This document shows positions 49,227-62,039 of a stretch of 64,000 bases of DNA, in pieces. Origin of the DNA: Mytilus trossulus. Taxonomy: Eukaryota. The stretch's first letter is position 1; each line of letters starts with the position of its first letter. The notes below the pieces were generated by a model, which saw only the letters and a program-made list of their open reading frames with translations, had not been told where the DNA came from and made no database searches. The stretch spans positions 88,164,001 through 88,228,000 of the forward strand of contig NC_086373.1 of the NCBI RefSeq assembly GCF_036588685.1. Reading direction: 5' to 3'. The position numbers and the translations under genes were made by a program.

Positions 49227-51344
49227 TGCCCGTGTCACACTGTCCCGATTTTTACGCCGATGGTAACACGGTTATGGAAATTTTCAAAATCGGGTCTGAT
49301 CGTATCCATATCGGGCTATTCGTAGTGCCATCTTTAACCATCATAGAACCATCGGCGAATTTTTCTAGCCTTCGGGGACAACTTCGGGAAGGGTTCTAAA
49401 TTTTTAAACATGTTAAAAAATCCCCGAAGGTGCGTCCGATGTTGAGGGTTCGTATTGAGTTCGTATCACCATCCTCACCATCGTAATGTCACCGGGAATG
49501 CATCTTTGAACATCGTATTGCATTCGTGTTTCCATCGTTTCCATCGGGCAGTTTTGACATTACGATGTCTACACGAATGAATCACGAAGCTACCCGAAGG
49601 TCTTGCGATGGCAGCACGACTACGTGAAGACCTCGTGATCCCGTCGTGTTGCCATCGAATAAAAGTACGAAGGCGACAAGATAGAACTACGACGGCAATA
49701 AATCCAGCTAAATATATTAATGTAAGTTAATTTTCGCGCTTAAATACATTTAAAGTGCTATGCACGATATGCACTGGTCAGTCTAATACGACAGTTAACA
49801 AAGACGTTAACACAACATGGAGCTCATATCATATGATTCTATGAGATCAAGAAAGGCGATAGCGTTGTTTCTATTAATTCAAATGGAACAAGAAGAGCAG
49901 CTATTACAGGCTCAGGATTTATTTATCAAGTCAAATATTATTTTTTATCAATTTTTCATATCAAGTAATATAATGAAAATCCTAAACGCGCCTCTTATAC
50001 CAACAGCAGGTACACATATATAGGGAAACCAACTTTTTCTTCATTATTCTGATATTTTTATGTATCGTCTGAGTTGTTGTCACACAAATGTTTACACCAT
50101 AACCATTTTGTTTTCTATATGTCATATTTTGCCGCATTTGTTGCTTTCTCTACATCCTTCCTTTTGTCTATATTATTATGATTTTCTCCTCGAAAGAGCT
50201 CTTTTTGAATAAAAGGGATCAACATTATCTTACCTTGCAGATAGATCAGTAAACATGGGCATAATTATGGGTGATTATTCAGACTAGTCCAAACATTTTA
50301 CAGTTCAAACCAGTCAATGCCGAGCGTGGCATCCTCTCGTATGTAAGTTAACATATTGGGGACACATATGGACACAATATTGGTATATGACACATGCAGA
50401 AAATGGTAAATTGAATATGCATATTTGATTCATAAACTATTTTTTTTAGAAATCAACCAAAACATTCAGTAACTGGAAATACCTTTAATATTGTCTTTTG
50501 AACCAGCAGGTAAAAATTGAGCAACCAATTTCCTGTGTATTATGCTATTTCAAGGAGAAAAAACAAGTCCATCTGCATCACCTTGGCCTTTGGCCCTGAA
50601 CGTAAAAAATGTCAGATCATTACAAAGAGGAAAAAATGTCAGATCATTACAAGGAGGAACAATATACAAAATGTGGTTAAAATCTTTTGAAGCATATTGT
50701 TTTAGAGTGTCCATAGGGTGATATTGTCTTGTATTACAACTGCCACTGTGACCTTGACATTTGAACTTGAAAGTCAATAGCGCTCAAGATATTCTTAACG
50801 AGTAACACCATTCCAAGTTTTGAGCATTTTTGTTTTAGAGTGCCCATAACAATTTTATCTACACGCAACTTACATGTAGTAGGCGATGGGGATAGTAAAC
50901 TAGTTTGTATAAGAATTAGACAAAAAAATCGATTTCCCGTCATTCATGGCAGATTGTACAGAAACGATATGTTGTCGTAATTCTGTTCGTATCATAAAAA
51001 AGTTCAAAACAGGTAAAAGGTACTTCAGACATCGTATGGCCATCGCGCCATCATCGTAATCTATCGTGTAGCCTTCGTTATCCATCGTGTAGCCTTCGTG
51101 ATCTATCGTGTAGGCTTCGGCTGAGATATGAAGCCTAAATACCCGTCTTCGGATAACCTTCGTATGTCCATCTTTTACTATCGTATTTAATTTCGGCACC
51201 ATCGTATAGACTTCGTTATTCATCGTACTTGCTTCGGTCACTTTTTGGTATTTTAACGAAATCGGGACTAACTCCGTACGAACTTACATTTTTCGCATTC
51301 GGGTGTCCATCTTATATCAAAATCGGGACAGTGTGACGCGGGCA
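49227..51344. mobile_element. Non-autonomous DNA transposon, TIR TGCCCGTGTCACACTGTCCCGATTTT, probable TTA TSD (PIF/Harbinger-like)
   Basis: 26-bp TIRs with 1 mismatch; flanks TTA (49224-49226) and TTT (51345-51347). Excision with one TTA restores the caveolin frame (...MGLCFSKINVKKTQ*). Subterminal catcgt/acgatg repeats. Confidence 0.82.
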
Positions 51345-54300
51345 TTTGTAAAATAAATGTGAAAAAAACCCAGTAGTAATTGATTATTACTTTTAAGAAC
51401 CAGTTGCAGCAGCATAAGTAAAATATAGAATATTTTGAAGACTGAAAAAAATATCATAATGTAACATTTATAATAAAAAGAAGAAACAAAAAAAAATGTA
51501 CGTATTATTGATATTTCAGAACCAATCTAAATGGAAATGGTCTAGTCTCAGTTTCTCAAGTATTTATTCTTGTACAGAAGGACACCATATTTGCCGACAT
51601 ACACGAGACTGGCAAACTTTGTAGTTGGTTGTCTTATGGTCTCTAATCCAATAAATAAAAAATCTTCCACACATTATCTATTAAGGTCATTCAAAATGGG
51701 AGGCTAAGTTAGAATCTTGCATTGGCCAAAAATGATAGTAAGATTTTAAATTCTTTCGATTTTTCTAAGAACATATTAAAGGTACAAGCTCATTTCGAAC
51801 TGTGGAGAGCGACCGACAGGACTACATTTAGACAGTAAAGGTTATAGGAACGTTGCAAATATAGACGAATAAATTCTTCTGTATAGCATATTAATAGATT
51901 TTGTTTAGTTGCAATGGCAAACAAATATTATACAAAAATATTTAAGTAATTTTATTTAGATTGCCAAATAAAAAGCTAGCTGTATATATATAGAGCTTGA
52001 TTAAAATTCTATCAGATGCCCGAGAAAATATTTTTTTCACTGGAGAATACATTTTTTTATTTTTTTTTTCAAAGATAAAGTTTTAGTTATTCACTGGGTT
52101 TGCTTTAACACGTTTTTGTACGATTTCATTTAGATATACAATCAAAATCATGCATGCAAATACATAAACTTAAAATACTTGTTTTAATTGAGTATTTTAA
52201 CCTTTTTTTTTATTAAGTATATACAAATCAAATTGTTATTGACTGTAGGCAAGACTACAAATAAACACTGATTTTTAATTATGTTAGTTTTAATATATCA
52301 TCAAAAGATGTACAATGAAGCTTGACCTTAAGATTCTGAATACATTACAAATCGAACTGAAGGTTTTTTAAGGTTAGATCAATCTTTACAATATTGACAA
52401 CTGTAATTATTCCGTTTCAACTTTTGAATGTTTATTTAAATGGAGTTTCTTTATGCTCTTCACCTACAACGATTGTAATATAGCATAGTTATACGTTATT
52501 TGACACATGAAGGATTTTCAAATATGTGATTTAAAAAAATTTCAATTGTGAAATGTAAAATAAGAATTTATACATTCTTGTCTTAAACTTATTTTAAGGT
52601 CACAATTACTTGACGAAAGTAACAATAATGCATTCTATTTTCAACAGAAACTAACACACGATTTAACTATTTTCATTATAACTATTTTAATATTCGAATA
52701 TTTCTTGAATTGTGATAATTTACATTAACGTTTTTTATACAACAATTACAAATGTTCACTTTTAATTGAAGTTTGATAAATTTTGATGCCTCAGGTTATA
52801 CAGGATCTTCCTACCGTTCTGGAGCAATAAAGGTCATCTATGTTTTTTGAGGGGTTCGTATTGTTCAGTCATTAGTTTTTTATGTTATGATTTGTGAACT
52901 GCTGTGTCTTTTTTTTTGTTCCATGGCGTTCTCAGTTTATTTTGATTGTCCCTATGGTATCATTTGCCTCTCTTTTATGACAACTAGGTTTTTGAACATT
53001 TAGGAACTTTGACTTAGCTGTAAGAAATGAGAGAAAGAAATAGAGCCAATGTCAGCTGATTTTTTCCTAAGCAGTGACCACTTTCTAAGTAGGAGCCAAT
53101 TAACTAAGTATCCTTGAATCTTGACTGAAATACGCCGTGCTATAGATACATGTACCTATAAGTTGTTTAGGGTTTTTAACACAATTGGCATATTTTAGAA
53201 CATTTAGTCAAATTATAAATGCATTATAAAATTGAGAATGGAAACGGGGCATATTTAAAATAGACAACAACCCGACCAAAGCGCAGATAAAATCAGTGGG
53301 CCCATAAATAAAAATGTGTACTAGTTCAGTGTAAATGGACATCATACTAAACTCCAAAACATAAATGAACTAAACTTAAAGAAAACATCAAAACACATAA
53401 AATTCGGTTAACTTTGGATAATGATTGAAATTATATATGCATATACATAAAAAGGAAGCACACTGGTGCATTATTCACATGTTAAATGATATATGCAATA
53501 TATAAGAAAATCATATTTGCGTAATAAGTCTTGTTTAGATTAAATTTCATTAGTGGTGGAGATACAAACATTACCGTCATTCTCGTATAAAGAGGCCAAC
53601 ACTTTAAAAATAAACAAGTGTCCATACCATGCATCAATCTCAAAACCAGTGAAAGTGTGGACAACATTAAATTGAACCAAACACTCACACACAATATTAC
53701 CAAAAGTTGTCTTAATTATTTTAATGGTCATTGCGTATGTATTTGATAGAACTCATATTAAACATTCTACAGTAATTTTAAAAAGAGTTAAGTATGCTAC
53801 ATACTAACTGGCAGTGTGATGAGAAAATTACAACAGTAAGCAATTTTCCTGACAATGTCTATATTCGTTTTGGCAAGTCAATTTATCGAAAGGATGTAGG
53901 TATTTATATTGGCATCATTTGCGCCCCTTAAATAACATGTGGTCTTATTTTTTTTAAATTTTTATAAAAAGCAGTTTTAAACCAAGCTCAATACATATCC
54001 GTCTAGATTCGATATATTAATTCAACAATACTACTAATTACCTTGATGATGTGTTTGCATCAAATAATGAAGCATTCTTTTTATTGCTTTGAAAATCAAG
54101 GGGGAAATTACTTTAAACAAATTTTAAAATATTTAATATGCCCATTTCTATATCTAGATAGTTCTAGTTTCACACGGGAAACCGTACATAAAAATTTCCA
54201 ACAGAATGAACGAATTTCGGCTGTGTTGTTTCATGAGTCCAACGTGTCAAAGGGTTTATATATCCTAACTCTTTCAATTTGATTTTTTTCATTGCAGAAA

Positions 54301-55030
54301 ACAAATTTTATTTAGGAAATGTTTGTGTGTGTGTGTTTGTGGTTATCGGGGTTATAAATCTTCTCTATTTATAGGCCAAAATAAGTAGCATCTCATCGTA
54401 TCAAAGTTTATATTCATTGAAATGCATTGTTAAATGGAGCGAAGGATATATGAATATCAATCATTTCCTTTTTTATATTTAATATTTCCCATTTGATAGT
54501 ATTGTCATATTGAAAAACTGAAATAGCTTGTTATCATTTCAGAAAACACAAAGAATAAAAACATATTGAATTTTGTGAATTCAAATTTTAATAAAAGGTA
54601 CATTCATTTCCCAATCTAAGTTCTACCTGAATAGAGAAGGAGATCTGTTATTATATATTTTATTAGATTTTGATATAAAGGTTTCTATTGGGTTTTATGC
54701 TTCATCGTGCATTCGAGGGTGATAGAGGGATAAATTAGTAGTTTCATTAGATGTTTCGAATCTCTTGATTGTTTTCAACAAAACTGACTTGGGTTCTTAC
54801 TTTTATTAGTTTTGAACTTTTTAGAACAAAAAAGATTTTATTTTCTTTTATCAATGATAACAATATCATATAATGCACTTCATTGAAACCTTCATGTAGC
54901 CTAAAGAGAGCAGAGAATAGTGTAACCATGAGTACTGAGTGGACGTATAAAAGCTAATGTATATGGATGTATACACAGTATTTCATTATAGTTGTTTCGG
55001 TGAACCCTTGGCTTCTTTGAAACCATAAAA

Positions 55031-55976
55031 ATGGCAGACCAATTAGATATGGAAAACAGGGATCCTAATAATATTAATGATCATATAAAGGTATGTAATT
55101 ATGCACTAAATACTTTTATCACAAAATGTTGAATTATTCATTGACTTACCTTCTATTTACATTTGAAATCATTATGCCATTTACATGAACAGTATACCAT
55201 TTACATGATCAAACTACTACTTGAAATTAAGAAATTAATTGTGTGTATGAAAAAGAGAAGGACACCTGATAATTATACAAAAGAAAATAATCTAGCCTTT
55301 TGGTAGTCTGACAAGCTATCCTTCAAGACATTAATGATTATAACTTGTATTCAAATTTTCAAAACAATAACTCCATTACATACTTTTAAGGAAACTTGCG
55401 ACATGTTTTCTGGACATTTATTATTAGGTTAATTCTAATATATTAAATAGAAAATTTTGGCATGTTCGAATAAGATGTTATTGTTCTGTGGTCAAGATTT
55501 GTGATACAAATTCTGTTACGTATACAATTCAAAAACTTTCTTGCAAATACAGATTGTCAGTATAATTAAACGGGAATCAAGAGAATATAAAAACATCGCT
55601 AAAAGAACAGATTTGTCTTTCATTATAGTCAATTTTTTTGTAGATTGCCTTTGAAGATACCATTGGAGAAGTACCAGGGGCTCACGCCATTGATTGTGTA
55701 TGGCGAAACAGCTACAGATGTTTCGAAGGAGGAAAGAGTTGCTGTTATAAGTTTTTGACAGCAATCTGTGGAATATGTATCGCTTTATATTGGGGATGTT
55801 GTTTTGCCTGTTTAGCTTTCGAGCATATCTGGTGTATCACTCCCAGTTTATCTGCTTTTAGAGTCGAGTGTGGCGCATGGAGAAAGTATTACAGCATTTG
55901 TATGGACTGTTTCTGTGCTCCTTGTTGTGAGACCATGGGTCTATTCTTCAGTAACATAAAAGTACAAAACAAATAG
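55031..55976 (+). CDS. Caveolin family protein E (exons 55031-55090, 55644-55976; 130 aa)
   Basis: MADQLDMENRDPNNINDHIK|IAFEDTIGEVPGAHAIDCVW...NIKVQNK*; phase-0 GT-AG intron; close paralog of caveolin C. Confidence 0.92.
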
Positions 55977-58092
55977 CTAAATTGACTTAAAAAATGTTAA
56001 TATCTGTGATAATTATCTTTATTTAAAGACGTTTATGTTTCAAGAAAATAATATATGATTTTATATATTTGTTGTCTTTTATTGTCACTTTCAATGATAA
56101 ATGTACTGGCTGTTTTAAGTAATACATAATCATTGAAATAAACTCATCATAGATACCAGAATTGAAATCTTATATTTGAACAAGACACGCGCATTTCGTC
56201 TACAAAAGACATCAGTGACGCTCGAATAAAAAAAAAGTTAAAAAGAACCAAATACTACGAAGTTATAGAGTATTGAGGTAAACAAAAATCTAAAAGTTTG
56301 GCCAATACAGCTAAGGTAATCTATGCAGAAAAAAAACCATTGCAATTCTTACTAATATGATAATATAAAAATAAGGAGATATGGTAGGATTGCCAATGAG
56401 ACAACTTTCCACCAAAGTTTAAATGGAGTGGATGTAAGCAATTTTATGTATACATATTAATCAATTCATTTCAATATACAAGACATGTGATTAAAAAAGT
56501 TGATAACAGGAGGAGGCAAAAGAGAAAGACATTTAGAAGCATCAAATATAACAGTCTGATGTCATCCTTCGTATATAAATATAAATGAACAATAAATTAA
56601 TTAATAAACATTAAAAATTTATTGAATATACCTAAATTATTATTTTGTTCCAACATTGGATGGATCGGATTTGGAATATTTGACAGAATTTTAAAAAGGG
56701 GCTTGAGTATTCGAAATGTTTGTCAAATTTTCCTCAACTTAAAGGATGACTGTCAAAGTTGACAGAGTTGAGAACATCATTTCATAAACATTTGATGCTG
56801 TAAAATAACCTGTGAAAGTATTGGTCTTCTCTGTACTCACATTTGTAGAAGCTACTTGACAGGCCTTTAAAGGCTTTTACATATGTCATCATCATGCTTT
56901 CGATTATCAGCATAGAGCATAAAAGGGTTACAGAAATTCTGAAATTATTGGACAGTAAAACAAACCACAGCAAACACCAACTCCGAGAAAATAAAGACAG
57001 ACAAACACAGAAATACATTGGCTAGATAGCCCTACTTTGTGTGAAGGCATGCAATTAGGTTGGAATAAAGTTTCACAGAGTCATACCCAATTTCCATATA
57101 CGCAAAATGTCGTAAATGTGAAATTAAAGCACATAAAAAAAGACCACTCGCTTGCTTACTTGAGCCCTGCTGCTGTTATAGCCTATACTATCATCTTTAA
57201 TGGCAAAAGGATGCACTCCCCACAACTCTCTATTTACCCATTATACATTGGATCTACATAAACTCATACATGATGCTCAAGATCAGTACTTGATTTTTGA
57301 ACTGAATGTTTAACAGGTGCTTCAAGCATGAAATCTATATCTGTGTCAGATTTCTGATTGAAATTTCTTTATTATTTCAATAAACTTTACCCTTTTTATA
57401 TGTTTTAGACATTACTCTATAGAAAATATGCACTACCCCTTCAATCTGATTAAAATTCGAAGCATGTAAGCATAACGAAATCAGAGACCTGCATCTTGAT
57501 TACAGTGTTCCTCTCAAATCAAGCATATATAACGAGCTATATATATAACGATCATTGCATTCTCTCTGTACGAGGCACTTGATGTAACAGTCAAATTCCT
57601 ACCTGACGTAGCAGCATTATTTTTTGGTCAAATAATCGCAAACGGATATACTCAATAGAAATGAGTTATAAGAATTGCTGGATAGGACTTCAAGTGTCAA
57701 CTATGTCATACATGTTCAGGACGAGACACTCTACCGAAATGAATAATTGAACCAAACCAATATTTATAGGCATTGGAACGGATGTTTTTAATAATTCATC
57801 GCATATAATCTTAACATCGGAGTAGGCGAAAAACAAAAAAAAGATGATGTATAATAGGACAAGGTGAGCAATTGCTTAAATTTTTCATAATTGTGTACGC
57901 AGGACGCGAGTTTCGTTCACAAAAAACACAGTAGTGACGCTCAAATCAAAATTGTAAAAGGCCAGATAAAGTACAAAGTTGAAAAGCATTAAGGCTTAAC
58001 AATCCCGTAAGGTTTGCTGAATACAGCTGAGGTAATCCGTTCAGAATAATATAGCAAAACAAAACAAAAATAAAAAAAGGTATTGCTAATTG

Positions 58093-58845
58093 AAAGGACA
58101 AGGTACGATAAGGTCCGTTTTTTGACCCCACTATTTTCTTATTTCTTTGCAAATTTTGATTTGGAAAGCTACTGATCACATTAAAATATTCCCTAAGGTT
58201 CGAAGTTTGTTTGGATGAACCTCAAAACCGTTAATTTCAAAAAATGGGTGAGGTGAGGGGGGTAAATAAACTCATCATAGATACCAGGACTATTTTTTTT
58301 AATATACGACAGACGTGCATTTTGTCTACAAAAGACTCATCAGTGACGCTCGAATCCAAAAAAGTTAAAAAGGCCAAATAAAGTACGAAGAATGAAGAGC
58401 ATTGAGGACCAAAATTCCGAAAAAAAAATCAAAATTCAGCTAAGAATGCTAAAAGAGCATAAAAAACGCCAAAGAAGGAAAAATTTCGATTTTTTGCCAC
58501 AGCTTCTCAAAATTTAAAAGCGTACCAATACGTAAATATGGCGATATGGACAGTTCAAACAGTTCCCATGACATTGGAATAAAAAAAAATCTTGGGTCAC
58601 GTTGGCGCAGGCACTTACAAACTAAGATTTCGTTGTACGGAACATCTACAAAGTTAATGATAATTACAATATTTAAATAATAACCGAAATTTTAAACCTC
58701 CCCTCACCGCAAGCGGTTGCTAGAATTGTTTTTTTCCTAAGTTCATCAAAACAAACTTCATACCTCAGGGAATATTTTGACATGATAAGTAGCTTTCCAA
58801 AACCGAATTTGAAAAATGAGAAAAAATGGGGGCCAAAAGCAGTTC
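58093..58845. mobile_element. Degenerate foldback/MITE with about 140-bp inverted arms and a nested retrozyme-like insert
   Basis: tttggaaagctactgatcacattaaaatattccctaagg (about 58160-58199) is inverted as cctcagggaatattttgacatgataagtagctttccaaaa (about 58763-58802). Confidence 0.6.
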
Positions 58846-61800
58846 AAATGACAAATAATCATTGTTTGAGCTTTTATCTGGTTTTCAAACAATTAATCTA
58901 AATAATTTTAAATAGGACAAAACCTCGATATGTTTGCATAAAAACAAAATTGAGAAGTTAACGATCAGATATAATTCGTTCATCCCCTAAATTTCACTAG
59001 GCAGCAATAATTAGAATTAAGAATAAAGAATGCGTATTTTTCAAGTCTATGGAAGTAAAATACCCATGAAGTAGTGATGTATAATTTTTTTATTTCTTGA
59101 CCAAATTGATCCAAAGATGTTCGGTAATAATATATTATCTAATTTAACATATAATTAAAAAAAATAAGTTTATAGCAACGGTTTTTTAGCTTTATATTTA
59201 TTCAATTCATATCAAGGCCAATTCTAACATGTTTTCTTAAATTAACTGGTGCTAACCAATCATTCAAAGGACTCGCTTTTTTATCGATAGGATTTTTTTG
59301 TTTTGTCTTTCGAATACACAGGCGGCGGACAAATGGTTACATCAATTTTCAATCTATGAAAAACGTTTCATTTGTTGACAATAAAAGATTCCATAATTTG
59401 CCATTTTATACGAATGACCTTTTTGGTTCAGATATTTTTTCGGCTAGTAAGATTGAACTAAAAAAGCCTTTAAATCTTACTTAATAAAATGGAACGTCAT
59501 TGACTGTCAATCTTTCTGATATTTCGACTTTTGTAAGTAAAATTAGGTAAGTTTTTTTATATCTAAATATACACTCATTGCGAAACTATTAACCTCCTAA
59601 AAGACATATTTATAATCAATTTACTACCTACATTGGGCAACTCGGTTACGAAGCAGATCTTTAAAATTGTGGGTGACACAAAGGATGGAAAAGAACCAAC
59701 GTTTTATTGTTTGGTTTAGGTCACTGAATCAGACTTACTACAAAATAAATGCTCAAATCAATGATTGTTTTAAACAATAGTTTCCACTAGAATACTATCC
59801 AACCTGACCTTAAAAATATGTTTAATTTGCCTTCACTTCTGTTTGTGTACCTTTTTTTAGACTTACCCACCTGGGTGCTATTATAAGTGGTCACAAAGAG
59901 TTAAACTCAATAGAGGCATACAGTGAAAACACTTTTTCTGGATATGTTTAACAGTTCGGTCATTTTTTTTCAAAGGCGAATAAGTCAGGAATAGATTACC
60001 TTAGCTGTATTTGATCCTTTGTTTTCTATGGGCCTCAATGCTTATTTACTTCTTACTTTATTTAACCTGTTTATCTTTTTGTTTTTAATTCGAGCGTCAG
60101 TGATGAGTCTTCTGGAGACGAAACGCACATCTGGCAAGCACAACGTTAAGCCTAGTATCTATGATAAGTTTATTTACTAGTTCATTTTTCCTGTTGAACT
60201 AAGTTCCCGAGGTGTCATCAGTTGAGTGAGTAATTATGCGGTACTGTCATGACTTATAACATAGAAGTCTTAAAATCGCTGCTGATAAATGAAGAAATTA
60301 TTAAGAAACTGGTTCCAACTCTCTGGCAAAGTTGACCTTAGATTCATAAGGCAAGTAATAGTATGTGTTGATCCGGTTTGATAATCTAGTTCGCATGTTT
60401 ATGACGTATATATCCTTCGATTTCAAACTTTCTCGTTATGGTGTTTATAAATGTCGAGGGAGTGATTTTAATGACTCGACTTGTAACTATCGATTTCATA
60501 GTTTCCCTGTAAGAAAAAAACATCCATTCAAGAAATCATGATTGGAAAAAAATACTCTGAAATATCATATCAAGTACGAAATGTAATCGCTGAAATAATT
60601 TATCGACTGAGATGTATCTTGCCTAAGTAGCTATCCTCTATCAACGAAATCATAATAGGAAAAGCTCAAGAATATTGCATCATTTGGTAGACATTGTTAT
60701 ACTCTATATACAGGCGGATATATAGATATCCATTCACCCATTTCATCATTTTGTCTATATGTTATATGTTTTTATGCACAAAAAAACATTTTTTTTATTT
60801 CAGTTTTATGTGTATATTTATGTTTCAATTGGATACGAAATTGTTTGATTAAGTAAGTCCTCATGATCAATGAAATGTATTAAAAAATAGTAGTTTACTG
60901 ATTTTCAAAACTCATGATCTTTTTTGTTTAACAAAACCAATAAAAAATTAACCGAAATCATCAAATCAAAAGTTACATGTCGCTGTCAAAGTTCCATTTT
61001 TCGATGACATCCCATGTTTGCATGTTTTAACCTCGTTTTTTTTTGTCAAGTAATATCGATATACAACAATTATATTATTGAAATCATGAAAATCAGTTGT
61101 TATATTTAATTGAATGCTCATATCTGTTTTTTAATTCATCTATTTAACCGATGGACATTTTTTAAGAAATATAAATAAGAGGCAACTAAAATGTACCGAT
61201 GTTAAAATTAATATGAAGAGTAAAATAACAAAAACACAGAACCACAAAAAAACTCAAAACTGAAAGTCCCTTCTAAAATGGCAAAATCAAAAGTTCAAAT
61301 TCATCAAACGAAGGGATAACAACTGTCATGTTCATGACTCTGTACAGGCATTTCCTGCTGTAGAAAATTAAGGATTAAACCGAGTTTTACAGTTCTCATC
61401 TGTAGTCAACAAATTGTAATTGTTTACAAATTATTAGTATTCGTTATTTAAAACAAGTTCTTTTATTTGTACCGTATTCCTTTCATCTAATGTTGTCATT
61501 TTAATGTTATATTTAAAACATTGCCATTAATGCGGACAGTTTTGGCTAGCCGCAAAACAAGGTTCAACCCACCATTTTTTTTCTTAAAATGTCCTATACA
61601 AAGTCTCAAAAATGGCCTATGATATATTATAGTTCGTTTCTGTATGTGTTACATTTTAGTGTTGTGTTTCTGTTGAGTCGTAGTTTCCCTCTTATATTTG
61701 ATGTGTTTCCCTCAGTTTTAGTGTGTAACTTGGATTTGTTTTTTCTTAATCGATCGATGAATTTCGAACAGTGCTATACTACTGTTGCCTTTATTCTTCG

Positions 61801-62039
61801 CATTTTTGAAGAAAAAGTGATGTTTAGTAAGAAAATGTAATCTACCGTTCAGTCGAGTATTTGGAATGGTAGTGTAAAGGATCGAAAGATCAAACGTTTT
61901 GATATTAGTATTATCATTTCATATTTACTTATTAAAAGCTGAACGTATGGTTGAACTGCTAAATAAAATTTTTGTTTTAAGTTTGAAATATTCCTAGGAA
62001 TGATTCAGTCCTTTCTTTCCATGGTTGTTGACAATAATT

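Larger units (their letters stand above)
46236..51376 (+). pseudogene. Caveolin pseudogene D (exon 1 46236-46289; exon 2 48920-49226 plus 51348-51376, split by a transposon)
   Basis: MELDLINRDPNEHNGYIK|VAFEDELSEPVSVYSNDCVW...; in-frame TAA (49061) and TGA (49073); the C-terminal SKINVKKTQ* is displaced by the 49227-51344 insertion. Confidence 0.88.

Noticed and set aside
50900-51241. 113-aa ORF with YTxDxEG repeats
   Set aside because: Translation of subterminal catcgt repeats of the Harbinger-like element.
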